Below, piece by piece: positions 1 through 64,000 of a DNA stretch of 64,000 nucleotides. Positions within the stretch are counted from its first letter, which is position 1. Each line of letters opens with the position of its first letter. Where the stretch lies: positions 341,248,001 through 341,312,000 of the forward strand of contig OZ024741.1 in the NCBI GenBank assembly GCA_964016885.1. The letters are read 5' to 3'. The notes beneath the pieces were generated by a model. The model did not search any database and had not been told where the DNA came from. It worked only from the letters and a program-made list of their open reading frames with translations. Position numbers and translations under genes: made by a program. Source of the DNA: Eledone cirrhosa (Eukaryota).

Positions 1-229
1 TGAGCAAGAGATTTTATTTCATGTTGCTCCAGTTTACTCAGCTGTAGAAATGAGTTGCGACGTCACTGGTGTCGAGCTGTATTGGCCATCATCATTGGCA
101 TGAAGAGGGGAGACAGGTATGCATGGGCAGCTGCTTGTCTTCCACAAACAACTTTTCTGACTTGTACCTCGGAGCGAAACTTTCTAGGTGCAAATCCCAT
201 GGTCATTTGTGACCAAAGAGGGTCTTTAC

Positions 230-297
<68 letters not shown>

Positions 298-301
<4 letters not shown>

Positions 302-899
302 TCATCATCATCATCATCATCGTTTAACGTCCATCTTCCATGCTAGCATGGGTTTGGACGGGAATTTTCACACTTGAGGCAAGATTGGTTGTCTTGCTCG
401 TATAGGACTGTCTGACGGTTTTTCTACGGCTGGATGCCCTTCCTAACACCAACCACGTTTACAGTGTGGACTGGGAGGTTTTTACCGTGTTACCTACACA
501 GCCACATAACAGCGTGGACTGTGTGTTTTTTGTTGTGACACCTACATGCCCTCATTTGTTTTGAACTGGATGCTGTGGTACCAACATAACTTTACATTGG
601 AAGGGGTGGTGTGGATGGGGTGGGGGGGTAGTGGGGCCGGGGTGTATTTTGTTAGAGGTGCCTACTGACTGTAGGTTTCGCTTTGTACTTAGGCAAGGCT
701 TGTCTTCTGTATTACTGTGTATCGCCAAAGATCTCGGTCCAGTGACATTGTCTTGGAGAGGTGTAGGTGTGTGAGGTCGGAATTTAGCAAGTCGTCCCAG
801 GTTTTTCTGGGTCTGCCTACTCCGTGGCTACCGTCTATTTTTATTGCCCTGAACTTTTTTATACAGCTGTCGTCTTTCATGCGCATCACGTGACCGTAC
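298..899 (-). mobile_element. RTE subfamily A 3' end
   Basis: Encodes MRMKDDSCIKK..GRPRKTW; has the same 3' UTR and (CAT)n tail; TA repeats on both sides. Confidence 0.9.
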
Positions 900-1926
900 T
901 AATATATATATAAAGTGACCAAGCTCAAACTTTCTACTCAGAAAATAAAATTTACACTCTACATGTTTCAATTTTTTAAGTATCATGGTATTTTTAACAT
1001 CAATTCTAATATGTATGTATTATCAAAAACCCCTATCCACACAGTAAAGTGATCATGATAAAAAGCGCCCACTCCCCACTTAAAGTGGTTGTGTTGGTGT
1101 CATGACATAAAGCACTCAGACTACTCTATACAGTGGTCATTTTGTTGCGATGATAAACAGCACCCAGTCCAACTGTTAAAGTTAGTCACTAGGTTGTGGA
1201 GTTGTTATTCAATTCATCCTTTCTATTGAGTTTCTGCATAAATCCAGTTATATGTGTCACTTCCTTAAGGAGGTGAAAAATGAAGAGGATGCCATAAGAA
1301 TCTGGAAGTACAGCAGATCCAACAGGGGCAATAGATGATGTGCAAAGGTGCACTTCTGAAGAGTCTCAACTGGAATGATATATGGAGAGGAAAGTCTGCA
1401 CTGAAGGGCATCTGGGTGACCATCCAAAACAAGATTAGAATATATGAATTAGACATGTTCTCTTGTTCAGACTAGTATGTGACAGAGTGTGATGCAGTGT
1501 GACAGCCCATCTGGCCCAGGCAGGCTTAAGGGAAGTAAATATTTAACAATTATGTGGATGCACACACTTCCCCTCTCCTCCATCCTGGTACACCTTTCCT
1601 CTCCAGCACATGGAAAGTGGAACATGCTCCACACCTGCTCCCCCATAGTGTTGGTGCCCCTGACAAACTGCCCCAGTAAACCCTGTTAGACAGTTGACTA
1701 GGTTCTATGATGGAAAGTACCTAGTCCACTCTCTAAAGTAGTAGTGATGGTGCCATGAGAAAAACTCATTGTAATGTGGTTGGCACTATGAAGGGTACAA
1801 AGTCATAGAAAACCAAACCAAAAGTAGATCTAAATGAGCAAGATGTGGTCACCTGATTATATGACAATTCATCTAACCCATGAAAGCATGGAAAATAGAC
1901 GTTAAATGGTGATGGTGATATATATA

Positions 1927-2028
1927 CAGGGTGTCCCCCCAAAAAATGTATACATACTTTGATTACCTGTACAGGCAATATTTATTAGAATGCCATTGAA
2001 ATGTGTATACATTTTGTGGGATATCCTG
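1927..2028. mobile_element. Tc1/mariner-type MITE
   Basis: TA|cagggtgtcccc..aaaatgtataca ... tgtatacatttt..gggatatcctg|TA. Confidence 0.75.
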
Positions 2029-2166
2029 TATATACAGTATTGATGGCTATGAGAAAGAGTACTCAATACCAAAAAAGAGATAAATAGTTTTAAGTTTGAC
2101 TCAATGACCGGTTACTCTAAAGTTTATCCTGAATGATTACAGGGCGATCAGACATTCATAAATAGT

Positions 2167-2205
<39 letters not shown>

Positions 2206-2301
2206 TATTTATATATTTTTTATTTATGTATTTATATATATATAGCTTAAAATGGAGTGAGAATAAGAAGAAAGCATGAACGGGGGGAGGGGGAGGTTTC
2301 C

Positions 2302-2367
2302 TCATCAGTTGTCTACTGGGGTTCTCGGATATTTCCACGCTTTAAAGACAAGATGTCTACTGCCCAG
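2302..2367 (-). ncRNA. Candidate permuted hammerhead
   Basis: Minus strand gacaT-C-ttgtct-ttaaagcgtg-GAAA-tatc..agacaa-CTGATGA; helix I 6 bp, helix III with one mismatch, outer helix ctggg/cccag. Confidence 0.6.
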
Positions 2368-3020
2368 AGCGTTCAATAACTGGGTAAGTTATTGGGAAAA
2401 TGGAGGAGGAAGGGAAGGAAAATAGAAGGGAAAAGGGAAGAAAAGAGAAAACAGCGAAAAAAAGAACAAACCGAGCAAAATGCGAGCAACTTAAGGTAAG
2501 AAAATCCAAGACCACAGCGATAACAGAACTTAAGTTCAAGAGCGTGTGGGCGAGCAAAGAGACACATCTGACCCCAGCGAGTGTAAGTGAGAAAAGGACT
2601 GCTAGAGGGTTAGGTGAGGGAAACAATGAGGTGGCTGACTGAGAGAGGATGAGTGAAAGTGAGAGGGAGAAAGGCAGAGGAAGAAAGAGGGGTAAGAGTA
2701 AAAAGTAACAAAATAGGTAGGTAGAAGGAGAGAGAAGACTGACACACACATACAGTGTTAAAAATGGATGCTTTTCATTTTTGAAAGAAACAATATAGAT
2801 TGACAGAATAAAGAATTCATTACATGTATAGAGAGTATGCCATGAATAATTTTGTTGATAGTTAAATAGAAGTTTCCACACTAGTAGCTTATTGAAACTG
2901 TTATTTTGAACATATCACAATTGGGAAAACTTCAGTCACTATCATCATCACTTACATGGGCTGGAAAGAATATGTTCAACCCATGCAAGCATGAAAAAGT
3001 AGATATAAAAGGATGATGGT

Positions 3021-3087
<67 letters not shown>

Positions 3088-3279
3088 AAAATGTTTAACC
3101 CCAACGGCAGAGCTCAATCCGTTTCCACGGCTGTTTCTAGACTGAGCGTCCAGAAATAGCCGTCAAAACGGCTTGAGCTCTACTGTCGGGTTTAAACATT
3201 TTCCTATTACCCACTCTGCTACCCTAAGTATTGAGTACTCTGGTGCGTTATGTTCCATCTCATTACCACACTTCCTTCG

Positions 3280-3314
<35 letters not shown>

Positions 3315-3394
3315 CACACACACCCATATATATATGTAGAAATTGAAAATAGCATATATTTTCACTAGCTCTGACAGTTTGGCAGGTGAACAGT

Positions 3395-3444
3395 GAGCTG
3401 TACTGATGAAGGGTGATACCCAGAAACATTAGTATCTGCAGTTC
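3395..3444 (+). ncRNA. Type I hammerhead ribozyme candidate
   Basis: gagctgta-CTGATGA-a-gggt-gat-accc-a-GAAA-cattagta-TC-tgcagttc; helix I 8 bp, helix III decayed. Confidence 0.6.
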
Positions 3445-3671
3445 TGTTCGCATGCCAACACAAGAGCAAGAATGAAGGGTTCATTCTACTAACATGGCTA
3501 TAAAATTGAAGCTTGTTAGCATAATTGCAAACGAATCGAATGTTATTTTTAATATTAAAAAAACTCAGATTACATTTATTATATATATATATATATATAA
3601 AGAGAGAGAGAGAGAGAGAGAGAAAGGGAGAGAGAGAGAGAGAGAGACAGACAGAAAGATGAAAACATATA

Positions 3672-4023
3672 TAAATGTCAATGTGCATGAACAACCAAGC
3701 ATCGACGAGTTGAGAGTGAAACTGTGTATAAGAGGGATAAACTGTAGTGTGTGGGAGAGAAGACTACATTGTTATTGCCATGTGATGCACATGGAAGATG
3801 ACCGCTGGGTGAAGAAATGCCAAGAAATCCTAGTGGAGGGAAGTTGGAGTAGAGGAAGACCACGAAAAACAGGGTGGAGGTGGTGAGAGCCAACCTCAGA
3901 TCGTTGAAGTTCACAGAGGAGATGACGAAAGACTGTGACAAATGGAGAGATGCTGTTCTGTAGAGGACCCATACCACCCTTGTAAGCAGGGAAAAGCGGA
4001 CGTAAAATGATGATGATGATGAT
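3672..4023 (+). mobile_element. RTE subfamily B 3' fragment
   Basis: EQPSIDELR..MEDDRWVKKCQEI..GRPRKT followed by a (GAT)n tail. Confidence 0.85.
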
Positions 4024-4155
4024 ATTGTATGTTTATATAAAATAAACATATGGGTAGCTTCACTATCAAAGAAAAATAAATTTTTTCGTTACGAAAAAAT
4101 TATTTTTCCTATTTTCGTCTGTGAATATATCGCAGAGTTGCCAGTACGTTTTCAG

Positions 4156-4206
4156 AATGTCAGACAGTGCTGTTTCAAGAAATGTTAATATTTCATCAGT
4201 GACACT
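4156..4206 (-). ncRNA. Type I hammerhead ribozyme candidate
   Basis: agtgtca-CTGATGA-aatattaacatttctt-GAAA-cagcactg-TC-tgacatt; helix I 7 bp, GUC triplet, weak helix II. Confidence 0.65.
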
Positions 4207-4619
4207 TAATCAACCCATACTATATAGATCATTATTATCATGATTTCTCCATTCTTACATGGTTCATGTATGAAAGTGGGTCGGTGAGAGGAATGATGAA
4301 AATGAACATGGAAAGAGATAGAGGAAAAGGAAACCAAGAAAAATATGATTAAATATGGTGGAAAGATGAAAAACCATGGTATTGTTGAGGTGAGGATGTC
4401 AGGAGTAGAGGAAAATGGAAATGCTTTGTCGTGGGATCCGCAAGGCTAACTCTTGTTTTAGCAGTGTAAATGGCCTTAAAATGGTTGTTGTTGTTGTTTA
4501 GGCATCTTAGGATGATCTTCAGCTCCCCCCACTACCCTCTCTTTTCCTCTTCCTCTTCCTCTCCTTCTACTCCCTCCTTCCCCTCTTCGTCACCTTCCTT
4601 ATAAAAAATCCTTACTCAC

Positions 4620-59285
<54,666 letters not shown>

Positions 59286-59636
59286 CTGTATGACACATAC
59301 AGTTCATTCCGGTCAAAGTGTTGTTTCTATAGAAACAGAATGGCAATGTTACACATTGGTTATAACATACAAACATACATATAAATATATACATATGTAC
59401 ATTATAAACATATATACATATGAACATACATATAAAACATATATACATACATATGCAATCATAAAATCATCTTTCAGGATAATTGTTCAATATATTATAC
59501 ACAAACATATATGAGTGTATGTATATATATATATATATATATATACTCATATATGTATATATATATATATATACTCATATATATATATATGTATGTATGT
59601 GTATATATATATGTGTATATATATATATATATGTGT

Positions 59637-62270
59637 AGAAGACGGGACAAAATGTCTGTTGTAAACACTAAATACCTCCCCCGTGAAGAATGCACCTCCC
59701 AACATAGCCTAGTGGTTAGTGACCTCATAGCCAGGAATAGACGTACTCGACGACAGAGGAGGCCTACCTTGAGGAGAAGAATATGGAAGTTGAAGGACCC
59801 CATAGCCAGTGACAAATTTAAAAGCTTATTACTTGATGCCTTTGACAATAAGGAAGAGCAATTAGAGATGTACAATATAGAGGAAGAGTGGCAATTCTTG
59901 AAAGTGAACCTGCTGAAAGCAACGGATGAAATCTGTGGCTGGAGCAGACCTATAGGCAGGAGGAGAGTAACTTGGTGGTGGAACAGTAAGGTGGAGGAGT
60001 CAATCAAGGCCAAAAAGCAGGCTTGGAAAGTATGGCAGGATGGGGGAAGTAGAGAGCACTATCAAGTAGCCAGGAGAGAAGCTAGGAGACAAGTGTACCT
60101 TGCAAAAAGAGTAGCAGAGGATAGAAAGCTCAAGCATGTTCTGCAACGTGAGGACCAAAAACATGAGGTGTTCAGGATTACTAGACAATGTGTCAAGGAA
60201 AACCGTGATATTGTCGGGGAGAAGTGTGTCCGTAATGATAATGGTGTACTTGCGCTCACTGATATTGATAAGAAGATAGCCTGGAAGAGTCACTATGAGA
60301 GACTACTAAATGAGGAGAATAAATGGGAAAAAGATAGTCTGCCCCAAATCGATCCAATAGAAGGACCAGCGGTGCAAGTTAAAGGTAGTATAATAAGTAA
60401 GGCAATCAAAGATATGAAGACAGGCAAGGCAGCTGGGCCTTCGGAGATAGTTGCTAAGATGTTGAAGGCATCTGGTATGGTGGGACACACTATGGTCACC
60501 CGTATAGTTAACCAAGTAATACAGAATGGGGTCATACCGAAAGGGTAAAGGGGATGCTCTAGATAGGGGAAACTATAGAGGCATTAAGTTAGTTGACCAG
60601 GTCATGAAGGTCACAGAAAGAGTTATAATGCAACTAATCAGAGAGCGAATTGATCTAGATGAAATGCAGTTTGGGTTTGTGTCAGGTAAAAGTACCACAG
60701 ACGCTCTTTTCCTTGTACAACAACTACAAGAGAAGTATTTAGCTAAAAGTAAACCCCTCTACTTAGCTTTTGTAGACCGGGAGAAAGCTTTTGACAGAGA
60801 CCCCCGCTCCATTATCTGGTGGGCTCTTAGAAAACTAGGTGTAGATGAATGGCTTGTGAGAGGTATACAAGCTATGTATAATGAAACAGTCAGTAAGGTT
60901 AGAATTAACAATGAATATTGTGAAGAATTTAGTGTAAAAGTTGGCATTCATCAAGGCTCTGTCTTTAACCCCCTCTTATTTATTATTGCCCTTCAGGCTA
61001 TAACAGAGGAGTTCAAGACCGGCTGCCCATGGGAACTCCTATACACAGGTGATCTAACGCTCATAGCTGAATCAATGGCTGAACTAGAGAAGAAATTCGA
61101 AACATGGAAGCATGGCCTAGAATGAAAAGGCCTTAAAGTTAACTTGTCTAAGACTAAAATTCTAGTTTGTAGAAAGGAAAATAGGACACAGGTGCCCTCA
61201 GGGAAATGACCATGCTCAGTGTGTAGGAAAGGAGTAGGCAGAAATTCCATTTTATGTCCCAAATGCAAACTATGGGTACATAAAAGATGTAGTGGGATCA
61301 CAGGTAAACTATCTAAGAACGTAGACTTTATATGTGGCCAATGCTTAGGTGCAATAAGTAGCAAGTGTCCATAGGATACTAGCTCCTTCCATTGCCCAGA
61401 TGGTTCTATAGAAATAGTAGACACTTTCCGTTACCTGGGTGACAAAATCACCAGTGGAGGGTGTTCTGAAAGTACAGTAGCCAGAGTCAGAATGGGATGG
61501 AAAAAGTTCAGAGAGCTTATACCACTGTTGGCCACAAAAAGTTTCTCTCTAAAAATGAAAGGCAGATTGTATGATGCCTGCATACGAACAGCAATGCTAC
61601 ATGGCAGTGAGACATGGGCCTTGTGTACAGAGGATCTATGCAGACTGGAGAGGAACGAAGCTTGCATGCTCCGTTGGATGTGTAATAGTAATATACGTGA
61701 ACGGCAAAGCATAAATGAACTAAGTGAGAAATTAGGAATAAGAGGGATCAGATGCTGTTTACTTGAGAGAAGACTACAATGGTCATGTGATGCGCATGAA
61801 AGACGACAGCTGCATAAAAAAGTGCAGGGCGATCAAAATTGATGGTAGTTATGGAGTAGGTAGACCCAGAAAAACCTGGGATGATCTGATAAATTCCTAC
61901 CTCACACACTTACATCTCTCTGGGATAATGTCTCTGGACCGAGATCTTTGGCGCTACGCAGTAATACAGAAGACCCGCCTTGCCTATGTACAAAGCGAAA
62001 CCTACAGTCAGTAGGCACCTCTTAACCAAATATACACCCCAATCTACTACCCCTACCCTAACCTCCCACTCCCACCAACAACACGAGATAATGAGATCGA
62101 GATCGTGTAGGTGTCACGACAAAAAAAACAAAAAAAACACACAGTCCACGCTATAATGTGGCCTTGTAGGTAACATGGTAAAAAGTTCCCAGTTCCACAC
62201 TGTAAATGTGGTTGGTGTTAGGAAGAGCATCCAGCCATAGAAAACCTGCCAGATAGTCCTATATGAGCGA
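59637..62270 (+). mobile_element. RTE LINE subfamily A, 5'-truncated and frameshifted
   Basis: ORFs 59511-60548, 60526-61125, 61492-61842 and 61763-62014 are collinear with the 30676 ORF; YADD has decayed to YTGD; starts after (TA)n; tail replaced by an inverted duplication. Confidence 0.92.
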
Positions 62271-62906
62271 TATAGCGTGGACTGTGTGTTTTTTTGTTTT
62301 TTTTGTCGTGACACCTACACGATCTTGATCTCATTATCTCATTTATTAGGACTGGATGTTGTGGTACCAACTTTACAGACAGAGGGTGGTGTTGGTGGGA
62401 GTGGGAGGATAGGGTAGGGGTAGTGGATTGGGGTGTATATTTGGTTAAGAGGTACCTACTGACTGTAGGTTTCGCTTTGTACATAGGCAAGGCGGGTCAC
62501 ATATATATAAATACATACATATATATATACATATATATATATACATACATATTATATACACATACATATATATATATACATACATATATACATGCATACA
62601 TACATATATACATGCATACATATATATATACATAATGTGCTGACATGTTAAAAGTTAAATTCTGTGCCAACCTCGTTAGACTTGAGTTTATCCCAGTTTA
62701 ACTGATGTTAAGCAACTGAGAGTACACCAGACTTGCTCACTGCTGGTATTCACTTCATTACACCTAAGTGGACCGAGTTTATATTCATAGAAATCTGGGA
62801 CTTGTCTCTTTCTTCTCACTTTCTGTTGCCTAAACCATTTTGTTTGTTCACCCTAACGTTCTCTTTATTTACGTGTCCCAACGACTTTTTTTAGCCGTTG
62901 TTCGCA

Positions 62907-62971
62907 CCAACCTGAGGTATATGGCCCTTAAAGCGATGAAATGCCTGGGACGGTTGGAGGGTCACTGATGA
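62907..62971 (+). ncRNA. Candidate hammerhead ribozyme, non-circularly permuted
   Basis: aggtaT-A-tggccct..GAAA-tgcct..agggtca-CTGATGA: helix III 6 bp, helix I 7 bp, outer helix ccaacc/ggttgg. Confidence 0.7.
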
Positions 62972-63536
62972 AGGACTCACTTTTTCATATGTATCCCATT
63001 TGCAACGCCGCAGCTCCATTATTATCATATTTACACATATATTTTTTCCTCTGCTGCCACCCGTCTGTTTCGTTCTTTGTATCTTTACCCTTTCTAGCAG
63101 TCTCTCTCTCTCTGTTAGCCTCTTCCTCAACTTTCACTCACTCATACCCTGTCACTGCCTCTCCTCCTCTCCTCTTTCTTCCCGCTTGACCTGTCCGATT
63201 TCTTTTCTCGCGCACTCTTGGCCAAGCCGGTATGAAATTTTTTTTCTCTCTCTCTCTCGTCTGCGTCTTCACAGAACTTATGTTTACCGAATTCGCAGAC
63301 CAGACCCCTTCTTCTTCCTCCCCGTTAGACCTGTGCGAAATTCCTTCCTCGCTCACATTTCAACCAGGTTTGATGGTCTTTATTCTCTAGTTCACGGTTT
63401 TATCGAGTTTATATTCATAGAAATCTGGGACTTGTCTCTTTCTTCTCACTTTCTGTTGCCTAAACCATTTTGTTTGTTCACCCTAACGTTCTCTTTATTT
63501 ACGTGTCCCAACGACTTTTTTTAGCCGTTGTTCGCA

Positions 63537-63601
63537 CCAACCTGAGGTATATGGCCCTTAAAGCGATGAAATGCCTGGGACGGTTGGAGGGTCACTGATG
63601 A
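63537..63601 (+). ncRNA. Candidate permuted hammerhead, identical second copy
   Basis: Exact repeat of 62907-62971 at +630. Confidence 0.7.
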
Positions 63602-63660
63602 AGGACTCACTTTTTCATATATATATATATATATATAAGAAAGCCTTTGACAGCCTTTGG

Positions 63661-64000
63661 CAGTCAGCAAAGTTAGGATTAGCAATGAGTATAGCGAGGA
63701 ATTTAGCGTACAGGTCGATGTCCACCAGGGCTCTGTTCTTAGCCCTCTCCTGTTAATTATAACCCTGCAGGCAATAATGGAGGAGTTTAAGACCGGATGC
63801 CCATGGGAACTCCTGTATGCAGATGACCTCGCACTTATAGCTGAATCTATGGTAGAACTAGAGAAGAAATTCCAAACTTGGAAGCAGGGACTAGAAAGAA
63901 AGGGTCTCAAAGTCAACCTGACAAAGACTAAAGTCCTTGTAAGTAGACAAGAAAACAGAACCCAGATCCCCTCAGGGACATTTCCCTTGCTCAGTATGTA
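63661..64000 (+). mobile_element. RTE RT fragment running off the window end
   Basis: VHQGSVLSPLL..GCPWELLYADDL..LKVNLTKTKVL. Confidence 0.88.

Larger units (their letters stand above)
62774..63620 (+). mobile_element. Non-coding element bounded by identical 217-bp direct repeats (62774-62990 and 63404-63620), retrozyme/PLE-pLTR-like
   Basis: Repeats offset by 630 nt, each carrying a permuted HHR; pyrimidine-rich spacer; ends at (TA)n. Confidence 0.7.

Noticed and set aside
1347-1401. CTGAAGA...GAAAGTC arrangement
   Set aside because: Helix III cannot form and helix I is out of register; probably chance.
2095-2160. Minus-strand ctgatcg...gtaaccggtc HHR-like relic
   Set aside because: Both core boxes are non-canonical and helix I is poor.
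2357-2881. 174-aa hydrophobic ORFs (also 57234-57737 and 63000-63524) as membrane proteins
   Set aside because: The F/L/S richness simply reflects the pyrimidine-rich bodies of the ribozyme-bearing repeats, and I saw no peptide conservation among them.
1-4600. Next SorCS exon (expected to begin YRK..C)
   Set aside because: No matching spliceable segment was found by eye; it probably lies beyond the window, but a diverged exon could have been missed.
62934-62971. SECIS-like reading (ATGAA...TGAT) or pistol-like GCCCUUAAAGCG
   Set aside because: There is no continuous SECIS helix II or apical AA, and no pistol P1/pseudoknot partner; the permuted hammerhead pairing explains all conserved blocks better.

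Overview
AT-rich, microsatellite-dense eukaryotic genomic DNA. The repeat families suggest an octopus/cephalopod, which is inference only. The whole window lies inside one minus-strand gene: nine GT-AG, phase-compatible exons (59285 down to 4620, 377 full codons) encode the C-terminal part of a VPS10 beta-propeller and the 10CC region of a SorCS-like receptor. The introns hold RTE-clade LINEs carrying a PHD finger inserted in the RT, a decayed Penelope-like element, R4/Dong- and CRE-like LINE relics, tRNA-derived SINEs, Helitron-type elements and MITEs. Many insertions sit in (TA)n tracts. The most unusual signal is non-coding: about 17 hammerhead-ribozyme (HHR) motifs read by eye. Five of them, in three sequence families, have the core strands in a non-circularly permuted order with covarying helices. 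Two identical copies lie in 217-bp direct repeats 630 nt apart, a retrozyme-like layout. The other motifs are minimal type I HHRs, several inside long fold-back palindromes. All structures were assigned manually, and no folding or database search was run.
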